DNA of 64,000 bases from an archaeon (lineage in GTDB: Archaea; Micrarchaeota; Micrarchaeia; Norongarragalinales; UBA97), in contig JAGVFW010000008.1 in the NCBI GenBank assembly GCA_020057405.1, positions 3,218-67,217 of the forward strand, given 5' to 3'. Both the position numbers and the translations under genes were made by a program. Shown one piece after another: positions 25,370-32,936 of the stretch; positions within the stretch are counted from its first letter, which is position 1, and each line of letters opens with the position of its first letter. The notes beneath the pieces were generated by a model, which made no database searches, was not told the origin of the DNA, and was given only the letters and a program-made list of their open reading frames with translations.

Positions 25370-25385
25370 AACAGGGGGATGAAAA

Positions 25386-26324
25386 ATGGCACACGAACAC
25401 TCACACGATGGACACGACCATGCTGAAGTTGACGAGGAGCACTGGGCTGAGTATCTCGCTGAATTTGAGAAGGCGGGAGAAATTTGCAAAAAAGCAAAGG
25501 AAAAAATGCTTACCGTAGCCAAGCCCGGCGTCAAGCTCATTGACTTGGCCGAGGGAATCGAGGCGCACATCCTCGAACTCGGCGGAAAGCCTGCTTTCCC
25601 GGTGAACTTGAGCGCGAACAACCGCGCGGCGCACTATACGCCCGCTGCTGACGACGCTACGGTCATCAGCGAGAAGGACTTGCTCAAAATTGACTTCGGC
25701 GTGCATCTCGACGGCTGCATTGTCGACAATTCGGTGACTGTTGATTTTAGTGGCGAGAACGGCAAGCTCGTTGAGGCGGCAAAAGAGGCGCTTGCCAACG
25801 CGCTTGGCATGATGAAGGCGGGAGTAAACACCGCCGATGTCGGGAAAGTGATTGAGGAGACGGTCAAAAAGAGGGGCTTCAAGCCCATCGAAAACCTCTG
25901 CGGCCACAGCATCATGCCGTGGCAGTTGCACGCGGGCGTCGAAGTGCCCAATGTGGGGAACCACGGCGGCGTGCCCCTTGAGGAAGGCATGGTCTACGCG
26001 GTCGAGCCATTCGTCTCAACGGGCGAGGGCCGCGTGAAGGACGACCCTGACTTCTGCGAGATCTACTCGCTCTCCGAACCCAAGTCCGTGCGGCTCCCGG
26101 CTAGCAGAAAAGTTTTGGACTTAGTCATCGAAGAGTACCAGACGCTGCCCTTTGCCAGGAGATGGCTGCAGGAAGTGCCCATGCTTTCAATGGCCCTAAG
26201 CGACTTGCAAAGGCAAGGCGTGCTTCACGGCTATAACTTGTTGCGCGAAGCGCCGGGCACGCTGATCAGCCAGGCAGAGACCAGCGTAATCATCGAGGAA
26301 GACGGCGTCAAAGTGCTCGTCTAA
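25386..26324 (+). CDS. map: Methionine aminopeptidase, type 2 (archaeal)
   Basis: AAHYTP, KIDFGVHLDGCIVDNSVTV, CGHSI, YAVEPF and the C-terminal ETSVIIEE pita-bread metal-ligand pattern. GGGGGATGA SD-like element 16 nt after the polB stop. His/Asp-rich N-terminal tag. Confidence 0.9.
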   Translation: MAHEHSHDGHDHAEVDEEHWAEYLAEFEKAGEICKKAKEKMLTVAKPGVKLIDLAEGIEAHILELGGKPAFPVNLSANNRAAHYTPAADDATVISEKDLLKIDFGVHLDGCIVDNSVTVDFSGENGKLVEAAKEALANALGMMKAGVNTADVGKVIEETVKKRGFKPIENLCGHSIMPWQLHAGVEVPNVGNHGGVPLEEGMVYAVEPFVSTGEGRVKDDPDFCEIYSLSEPKSVRLPASRKVLDLVIEEYQTLPFARRWLQEVPMLSMALSDLQRQGVLHGYNLLREAPGTLISQAETSVIIEEDGVKVLV

Positions 26325-26370
26325 TTTGCGGCGCCAAAGTGCTCGCGTGAGACACATAGCGGCCAAGCAA

Positions 26371-26574
26371 TTAGTCCAAGCTGTTTAGCTTGTGCACTAG
26401 CAAAAGCGTTGCCAGACCGATTGCTGCAGAAGCGGCGTAGCTGAGGGCCGGGTTTTCGGGCAGCAGGTAGAGGTCAAACAATCCCCAAATGCCGCGCCAG
26501 TAGACGACTATTGCAGTTCCGGCAACCAGGGTGACTAAGAGCGAGCGCGGCAGTCCGAAATTATTGCGCTTCAT
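26371..26574 (-). CDS. Small membrane protein (2 TM)
   Basis: 67-aa hydrophobic ORF starting 1 nt downstream of the stop of the 26576-27709 gene. Confidence 0.5.
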   Translation of the reverse strand: MKRNNFGLPRSLLVTLVAGTAIVVYWRGIWGLFDLYLLPENPALSYAASAAIGLATLLLVHKLNSLD

Positions 26575-26575
26575 T

Positions 26576-27709
26576 TTACAACACGAATTTTACCAGCGCC
26601 CACGCCAAGATTGTCGCGAGCACGTGGACGAAGAGGTTGACTATGCTTAGTACGCCGGCAACGGTTAGGGCGGCCATCAGGCCAAGGTAGTTGTAGAGCA
26701 GGCGCGTCTGCGGCACTGCTTGAAGTTGCTTGGTGAGGATTTTGGGAGTCAAGAATTGGGTGACGTTTGCCGAAGAGATTTGCTTGCTTGCGTCAATGCC
26801 CCGGATGACTTTCGCGAAGTCTTTTTGGAGTTTTGAGGCGACTTCAATGGACTTGTCAATCGAGTAGGTATAGGCGCTGTCGACAATCGCCTGCCTTGAC
26901 ACTGCCGGAAGCGCGGTGTAGACCGCACCGCCGTTTGCATCCATGCTCGCGGCAAAATCGTCTTTAGTAAAGATCGTCTGCACCTGGTCTTTCTTGATTT
27001 GGGCCGAGTCGATTAGGTCTGCGCAGAAGATGACCGCCTGCTGGGCGCCTGCCGGTGCGGCTGACGCGAGGAGTTCCGGCGCCTGGTTCACCACGCCTAA
27101 AATGAGGGTGTTGAAGTAACGCTCCTTGTTTGCCTCAACATGCATGTAGGTGAAGAGGAAGGAGAGGACGACCAGCACGGTGAGGGCCTTTGAAGTGATG
27201 TTCCACGCTGCCGAGGGGGTAAGCTCCTTTGCGAAGCTTGCGAAAAACGCGGCGGCGCCCAAAGTGAGGGCAAAGCCGATGAAGGCGGCGCCATAGGGCC
27301 CGAAGAAAAGCGATTCAATAGCTGCGACAATCACTAGCACGACGGCCGGAATCGCTGCCTGCAATTTTGGCAGGCCCAGGCCGTAGGCGGTGAGAAGAGC
27401 CATCGACAGGCTGAAGAGGACGAGGAAGAGCAGAAAGTACAGGCTGTAGAGCTTGCCTGCGTTAAACTCAATGCGCGAGTAGTCAAAGATGTCGCTTGTC
27501 GCGAAGTTCGAGCGGGCGAAGAGGAAGAGGGAAAACGTAAAGAGCAGGATTGCAAACGCGAGGATCGCCAGCTTGAAGTGGAACTGGGGGCCAAAGTCGG
27601 CCATAGACGGCAACGAGATTACGATTTGCTTGGGCTGCGGAGCTGCCTGAGGCTGAGGCAGCATGGGCGCTACTTTTCCCTTGTCCGGGCTCTTCTTATC
27701 GGATGGCAT
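26576..27709 (-). CDS. Multi-pass membrane protein, unknown function
   Basis: 377 aa: a P/Q-rich N-terminus, at least 6 hydrophobic segments, a soluble insert, and a C-terminal TM. A TTTTTAAAA box lies about 30 nt upstream. Confidence 0.65.
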   Translation of the reverse strand: MPSDKKSPDKGKVAPMLPQPQAAPQPKQIVISLPSMADFGPQFHFKLAILAFAILLFTFSLFLFARSNFATSDIFDYSRIEFNAGKLYSLYFLLFLVLFSLSMALLTAYGLGLPKLQAAIPAVVLVIVAAIESLFFGPYGAAFIGFALTLGAAAFFASFAKELTPSAAWNITSKALTVLVVLSFLFTYMHVEANKERYFNTLILGVVNQAPELLASAAPAGAQQAVIFCADLIDSAQIKKDQVQTIFTKDDFAASMDANGGAVYTALPAVSRQAIVDSAYTYSIDKSIEVASKLQKDFAKVIRGIDASKQISSANVTQFLTPKILTKQLQAVPQTRLLYNYLGLMAALTVAGVLSIVNLFVHVLATILAWALVKFVL

Positions 27710-27756
27710 TGCAGGAATTACTCACGAATCGTTTTTAAAACCCTTCGCGTGGGCAT

Positions 27757-28332
27757 TCAACCAACTATCCGGCGAAGATTCTCGTAAAATTCCGGGTTTT
27801 TCATGCTTCCCGGGGGCGCTACTATGAGCCGGTCGCCGAAATTGCGCAACAGGGGTCTTGCTGCCGCCTTCACTTCATCGGGGTTAGCGTTCGACATGAG
27901 AACAACCTTCAGGTCATGGTCTGTCGAGAGAAACGATTCAGCAAGCGTTATTCCATTCTGGCCTATGTCCCTCAAGTACTTCTTAAGGTCAGCTTCCCAA
28001 GGATCAAGCGACTTTGCGTGAGTCCTAAGGCGACGCATTAGCTGGGAACCGCCCTCGCGCAGCCGGTCAATCATGTAATTTCGCTTTACTACAGAAAGGC
28101 CGCCCGGGTTTGTGCGCAAAAGGTTTATAGTCTGGTCTTTTTCCGGCTGAAACTGCCAGTCGACAACGACTACGTGGGGATTAAACTCGATTCGCTTGGC
28201 GTGGGCGTCCTTGAAATTGTCAACTGCCTCGCACTTGAAATTTCCGTGACGCACGGCAGCTTGGGTTATGGCCAAACGCGCGCCATCATAGTCGTGCACA
28301 ACAAGCAAGCGTCGTTCCGGCATTTGGCTCAT
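27757..28332 (-). CDS. Divergent CheY-like receiver-domain protein (orphan)
   Basis: RRLLVVHDYDG...HVVVVDWQFQPEKDQTINLL aligns by eye with CheY KFLVVDDFST...FVISDWNMPNMDGLELL. The acidic pocket and phospho-acceptor Asp are plausibly retained. No kinase gene is nearby. Confidence 0.4.
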   Translation of the reverse strand: MSQMPERRLLVVHDYDGARLAITQAAVRHGNFKCEAVDNFKDAHAKRIEFNPHVVVVDWQFQPEKDQTINLLRTNPGGLSVVKRNYMIDRLREGGSQLMRRLRTHAKSLDPWEADLKKYLRDIGQNGITLAESFLSTDHDLKVVLMSNANPDEVKAAARPLLRNFGDRLIVAPPGSMKNPEFYENLRRIVG

Positions 28333-28634
28333 ACCTCGACAAACACTTTGCCGCCCTCAACCTTGACTGGATAGGCGGCCTGCTTTGCGCCCGGGTTGCT
28401 TACCGACTCGCCCGTGCGCACGTCAAAAGTCCAGCCGTGCATGGCGCACATGACAACGGTTCCGTCTAGAAAGCCGTCGCAGAGGGGACTGCCCTTGTGG
28501 CTGCAGGAATTGTCAATGGCGTAGAATCCGGCGGGCGTGTTGAAGACAGCGATTTTCTTGCCCTTGACGGTGACGCACTTGGCACCGCCTGCCGGTACGT
28601 CGGACGCGCTGCACACTTCGACAAAATCGGCCAT
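28329..28634 (-). CDS. Rieske-type [2Fe-2S] ferredoxin
   Basis: The CSHKG and CAMHGW motifs (C-x-H ... C-x-x-H) have appropriate spacing in a ~100-aa protein. Confidence 0.85.
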   Translation of the reverse strand: MADFVEVCSASDVPAGGAKCVTVKGKKIAVFNTPAGFYAIDNSCSHKGSPLCDGFLDGTVVMCAMHGWTFDVRTGESVSNPGAKQAAYPVKVEGGKVFVEV

Positions 28635-28673
28635 TTCAAACGGAGTTTGCGGCCGGGCGCTATTTAACGCTTC

Positions 28674-29303
28674 TTAAAACAAGTCAGAGAGCCAGTCCAT
28701 TTCGGACTCAAGGGTAGTCTCGATGCCGTGGCCGCCGGCCACGCGCGTTGCCGCAGGAAGGCCAGCAATTTTCTTGAGGCTCTCTTTTAGCAGCATCGCG
28801 TTGCCGCCGGGAAAATCCGAGCGGCCGTGGGCGCCCTCAAGGAGGGTGTCTCCGGTAAAGACGATTGCCTCGGCTGCAGAGTAGAGGCACACGCTTCCCG
28901 GAGTGTGGCCCGGAGTGTGCATCACAGACAGCCGCAGGCCGCCAAGCTCGACTACTTGGCCGTCGGAAAGAAAGCCGTCGGCGGTGCTTGGCTCAAATGG
29001 GAACTCTTGGTCAGTTGGCGGGAAGGGCACGGTTAGCATTTGCGCGTCTGCCTCGCTTATGAGGATGCGCGCCCCCGTTGCGGCCTTTAGCGCGGCGTTG
29101 CCGCCAACGTGGTCAAAGTGGCCGTGGGTGTTGAGGATGAGCTCGATTTTGAGGCCCAAATCGGCGGCCGCGGGCAGGATTTTCTCCGCCGACCCGAAGG
29201 TGGGGTCGATTACGAGTGCCCGCTTGCTCTCCGCGTCTGACACTAAGTAGACGTTGTTGAAAAGGAGTCCCACAATGAACTTTTGGACCAGCAAATCGCT
29301 CAC
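28674..29303 (-). CDS. Metallo-beta-lactamase fold hydrolase (glyoxalase II-like)
   Basis: THGHFDHVGG (HxHxDH), HTPGHTPGS, and a C-terminal GH motif. The GTG start overlaps the GGR stop (GTGA). Confidence 0.85.
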   Translation of the reverse strand: MSDLLVQKFIVGLLFNNVYLVSDAESKRALVIDPTFGSAEKILPAAADLGLKIELILNTHGHFDHVGGNAALKAATGARILISEADAQMLTVPFPPTDQEFPFEPSTADGFLSDGQVVELGGLRLSVMHTPGHTPGSVCLYSAAEAIVFTGDTLLEGAHGRSDFPGGNAMLLKESLKKIAGLPAATRVAGGHGIETTLESEMDWLSDLF

Positions 29304-30535
29304 GCCATGAGCACGCGCAAGTAGAAGAGCGGCGAGACGTACTTGTTGCGCGAGTGGGAGTCGGTGAGGGTGCCTGCAATCATGTCGCGGAGTTCAGCCG
29401 AGCGCGATGCCTTGCCCATGAAGAGGTTTAGCAGCCAGTTCTTCGTGCCCACGCGCTGCATGTTGTAGCTGTTTTTCAGCTCGGGGTCGAGTTCCGCGCG
29501 CATCGTGTCCTCGTAGCGCTTGAGGAACTTTTCGCTAAAGTCGTTTGCGGTGAAGGCCTCGTTGATTGCATCCGACGCCATCTTGCCAGTTAGAAGCGCG
29601 TTGCCGATTCCTTCGCCCGTGAACGGGTCGACAAGAGCCGCTGCATCGCCGATGAGCAGCCAGCCTGCGCCGTGGGCCTTCCAGTGCCAGCTGCCGAACG
29701 GCAGGTTCCAGCCCTTGATGTCGCCGACGAGCTCGGCCTGCGCAAAGCGGTCCTTGAAAAGTAGGTTGTCCTTCATCGCCTTGTTCATCGCGTCTTTCAG
29801 GTTGACGTGCTTCTTCTGCAGGTCGCGCAGCACCATGCCGACACCTACATTCGCGTAGCCGTTCTCAAGGGGGAAAATCCAGAAGTAGCCGGGCATCGTC
29901 TCGTCAATGAAGTGAAGCTCGATGTTGGGGGTCAGGCCGCGCACGTTTTTGTAGTAGCCACGGATTGCAGCGCACCAGTGGTCGGGCTTGGCCTCGTAGA
30001 CGCCCAGCTTTCGCGCGACAATGCTGTTAGCGCCGTCGGCGCCGACAACTACTTTTGCGCGGAACTCGGCTTCTGCCTTGTCCTCGCCAATGCCCTTGAT
30101 GCCGACGACAACGCCGTCTTCAGTGAGAAGGTCGGTAACTTGGAAGCCTTCCATGGTCGTGGCGTACTTCTTGGCGTTCTGGTAGAGCACGTTGTCGAAG
30201 ACTTCGCGCCTGCAGCAATAGCCGTAGTCAATCTTCTGCGCGTTACCCTTCGGGATTGGAATCTCGACGACCGTGCCGTTGGGGCTAGAGAACATCACGC
30301 CGTGGATCTTGCCGTGCGGGGCGCGCTCGATTGCGTCAGTGATGCCCAGCTCTTTTAGGATGCGCATGCTTTTCCCGCTGATGCCGTCACCGCAGGTCTT
30401 GTCGCGGGGAAAATGCGCTTTGTCTAGAAGTAGGACCTTCTTTCCTGACTTTCCAAGGAAGGCCGAGCAGCTTGCGCCGGCCGGGCCCCCTCCAACAACT
30501 ATGACGTCGTAATCCTGCAAAGCAATGCACCCCAA
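29300..30535 (-). CDS. Geranylgeranyl reductase family flavoprotein
   Basis: YDVIVVGGGPAGASCS Rossmann motif followed by FPRDKTCGDGIS, the characteristic GGR motif. Length about 410 aa. Confidence 0.85.
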   Translation of the reverse strand: MGCIALQDYDVIVVGGGPAGASCSAFLGKSGKKVLLLDKAHFPRDKTCGDGISGKSMRILKELGITDAIERAPHGKIHGVMFSSPNGTVVEIPIPKGNAQKIDYGYCCRREVFDNVLYQNAKKYATTMEGFQVTDLLTEDGVVVGIKGIGEDKAEAEFRAKVVVGADGANSIVARKLGVYEAKPDHWCAAIRGYYKNVRGLTPNIELHFIDETMPGYFWIFPLENGYANVGVGMVLRDLQKKHVNLKDAMNKAMKDNLLFKDRFAQAELVGDIKGWNLPFGSWHWKAHGAGWLLIGDAAALVDPFTGEGIGNALLTGKMASDAINEAFTANDFSEKFLKRYEDTMRAELDPELKNSYNMQRVGTKNWLLNLFMGKASRSAELRDMIAGTLTDSHSRNKYVSPLFYLRVLMA

Positions 30536-30606
30536 AATAGTGTAATGACGATAATGCTATGGACGTGAAAAGTATTTAAATGGCTAACGGCCGGCTTGGG
30601 GAGTAG

Positions 30607-31302
30607 TCACTGATACCCTTCAAAGTGCTCGATTCGGACCTGCCCCTCAGGCACGCCCATTGACTTTAGCAGTTGCGTAAGGCCCTCGACCATTGCCGGC
30701 GGGCCGCAGATGAAGAACATCGCGCGCGCAAGGTCGGGAACGGCTTCCCGCACCATTGTCTCGTCGATGCGGCCGATTTTCCCGCCCCAATCAACTCCGA
30801 CTGGCACTTCGGCGACCACCGAAACTACGGCCACGCCCTTGCCAGCAAGTTCCTCAAGCTCATGGCGAAAGGGTATCTCGGAAAGCGTCCGGTTGCCAAA
30901 GAGCAGGGTGAGCTTGTCCGACTCGCCGCGGTTGACTGCCGCCTCAAGCATGCTCTTGATTGGAGTGATGCCGATGCCGCCTGAAAGAAAAACTGCGTGA
31001 CCAGCACCGCCGTCATAAGAGAAGCCGCCTAGGGGGCCCGCGATGTCAACTTCGTCGCCTTCGGCAAGGGACCAGAATGCCGCCTTGAAGGCCGAGTCGC
31101 TCTTGCGGCAGGCAAACTCGAGGTAGGGCTGGCCGGGCGCGTTTGAGATTGAAAGAGAGTGCGCCATGCCGGGCTTTACTGCAAAGAGGCAGTACTGGCC
31201 AGGCTTGAAGGGAAAGACGGCGCCGGCGAGGTCAAGATGCACGCTCCTTACGGTCGGCGTCTCGTCACGCACTTGTAAAACCTTGAGCTTGAAGCGGGGC
31301 AT
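30607..31302 (-). CDS. FNR-like FAD/NAD(P)-binding oxidoreductase
   Basis: GGIGITP and ICGPPAM nucleotide-binding motifs, with a beta-barrel FAD domain at the N-terminus. The start is assigned to ATG 31302 (MPRFKLKVL..). The ORF-track extension to 31410 would overlap the divergent gene. Confidence 0.8.
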   Translation of the reverse strand: MPRFKLKVLQVRDETPTVRSVHLDLAGAVFPFKPGQYCLFAVKPGMAHSLSISNAPGQPYLEFACRKSDSAFKAAFWSLAEGDEVDIAGPLGGFSYDGGAGHAVFLSGGIGITPIKSMLEAAVNRGESDKLTLLFGNRTLSEIPFRHELEELAGKGVAVVSVVAEVPVGVDWGGKIGRIDETMVREAVPDLARAMFFICGPPAMVEGLTQLLKSMGVPEGQVRIEHFEGYQ

Positions 31303-31366
31303 ATTAGGGCAGTAGGCAGCGCAGGTTTTAATTGGTTCGCCGCATTCAACATTGCGGTGGGATTTC

Positions 31367-32284
31367 ATGCGGATTGGATTTGTCGGACTGCGGCGCATGG
31401 GCGCAAACATCGTGCTAAATGCCCTAGACCGTGGCGTGGCGGTTGTGGCCTACAACCGCACGGGCGAAGTAACGAGAGAGTTCGCTAGGGAAGCGAAAAG
31501 CAGGAACTTAACCCCCGCTTACTCGCTCTCGCAAATGTGCGCCGCGCTGCCTTCACCGCGCGTCATCTGGCTCATGGTGACCGCCGGTCCAGCCGTTGAC
31601 GAAATCATCAAGGAGCTTCTGCCAAACCTTAAGGCCGGCGACACGATAATCGACGGCGGCAACTCATTCTTCAAGGACTCCGTCCACCGAAACAAATTCC
31701 TCAAGGCGAGAGGCATCCATTACCTTGACTGCGGCACTAGCGGCGGGCTCGAGGGCGCGCGAAACGGTGCGTGCCTCATGGTAGGCGGTGACAAGCGGGT
31801 TTTCGACAAGCTCGAACCGCTCTTTTCAAAAATCGCGACCAGCCACGGCTACATGTACTGCGGCCCCTCAGGCGCAGGCCACTACACGAAGATGGTGCAC
31901 AACGGCATCGAATACGGCCTCTTGCAGGCGTTCGGTGAAGGGTACGAACTACTTGAAAAGTCGCCTTACAGCATTGACTTGGAAAAGACTTCACGCGTAT
32001 GGAGCCACGGGAGCGTCGTTCGCGGGTGGATGACCGAACTGGCCGAGCGGGCTTTTGGAAAAGACGCGCACTTGAAGAAAATCAGGGGCGTGATTGGCGG
32101 CGGGGAGACCGGCGGCTGGACTCTAAAGACGGCAAAAGAGAGGAAAGCCGAGATGCCCGTGCTTGAGGCGTCGCTTGCGATGCGCAAGCGGTCGGCGAAG
32201 AAGGAAGTTTTTGCTGGAAAAGTCATCGCTGCCTTGCGAAACGAGTTCGGCGGGCACGCGGTTGTCAAGGCGAAGAAAAAATGA
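31367..32284 (+). CDS. gnd: 6-phosphogluconate dehydrogenase (decarboxylating), short ~300-aa form
   Basis: MRIGFVGLRRMGANI Rossmann motif, DGGNSFFKDS, LDCGTSGGLEGA, GPSGAGHYTKMVHNGIEYG. TTG 31352 is an alternative start. Confidence 0.8.
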   Translation: MRIGFVGLRRMGANIVLNALDRGVAVVAYNRTGEVTREFAREAKSRNLTPAYSLSQMCAALPSPRVIWLMVTAGPAVDEIIKELLPNLKAGDTIIDGGNSFFKDSVHRNKFLKARGIHYLDCGTSGGLEGARNGACLMVGGDKRVFDKLEPLFSKIATSHGYMYCGPSGAGHYTKMVHNGIEYGLLQAFGEGYELLEKSPYSIDLEKTSRVWSHGSVVRGWMTELAERAFGKDAHLKKIRGVIGGGETGGWTLKTAKERKAEMPVLEASLAMRKRSAKKEVFAGKVIAALRNEFGGHAVVKAKKK

Positions 32285-32297
32285 GTCGTGCAAAAAA

Positions 32298-32936
32298 ATG
32301 AAAGTCAAGAAAATCATCGACATTTCCCTGCCCATCAGCGGCTCGATGCTCGTCTATCCGGGTAACGCGGCGCCCAAGCTCGAGTTCACGCGCAAAATCC
32401 CGGGAAAAAGCATCCTCTCGGCAATCACTCTGGGCAGCCACACTGGCACGCACGTTGACGCGCGAATGCACGTGAGGCACGGCGCGGTAAAGGAAACTAT
32501 CGAGAAAATCCCGCTCGAGGCGTTTGTTGGCGAGTGCCGAGTGCTTGACTTGACTAAAGTAAAGGGAAACGCGATTGGCGAACGGCACCTGCGCAAGTTC
32601 AAGCTGAAGAAAAACAAAATCATTTTGCTCAAGACCAAGAACTCCTTGCGCGGGTTCAAGAAATTTACGTTTGACTACGTTTATGTCGACGAGAGTGCGG
32701 CCGCTTACTGCGCAAAAGCAGGCATCCGCACGATTGGCGTTGACTACTTAAGCGTGCAGAAGCCGAATTCCGGCAATTACCGAGTGCACGAGCTATTGCT
32801 TGACAACAAAATCACTATTTTTGAGGGCCTGAATCTTGCGAAGGCCAAGGGCGGGAAATACTTTTTCGCGGGCCTGCCGCTCAACGTCGTTGGCGCCGAG
32901 GGCGCCCCGGCAAGATGCGTCTTGCTGGAAGTCTAG
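32298..32936 (+). CDS. Cyclase-family protein (arylformamidase/kynurenine formamidase-like)
   Basis: The HTGTHVDA motif and overall length fit the putative-cyclase family. Start assigned to ATG 32298 (MKVKKIIDISLP..), because the longer ORF-track start lies inside gnd. Confidence 0.75.
   Translation: MKVKKIIDISLPISGSMLVYPGNAAPKLEFTRKIPGKSILSAITLGSHTGTHVDARMHVRHGAVKETIEKIPLEAFVGECRVLDLTKVKGNAIGERHLRKFKLKKNKIILLKTKNSLRGFKKFTFDYVYVDESAAAYCAKAGIRTIGVDYLSVQKPNSGNYRVHELLLDNKITIFEGLNLAKAKGGKYFFAGLPLNVVGAEGAPARCVLLEV

Noticed and set aside
25401-25990. 187-aa and 118-aa minus-strand ORFs inside map
   Set aside because: They are antisense to a gene with unambiguous MetAP motifs.
29807-30358. 183-aa plus-strand ORF inside the GGR gene
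   Set aside because: It is antisense to a gene with clear FAD-binding and GGR motifs, and its composition is typical of a high-GC reverse frame.
30536-30606. Other intergenic spacers screened for C/D-box sRNAs (30536-30606, 37932-38049, 39489-39600, 43697-43867, 45236-45322, 48144-48299)
   Set aside because: They contain isolated CUGA or UGACGA-like strings, but no C box/D box pair with 12-nt guide spacing on either strand.
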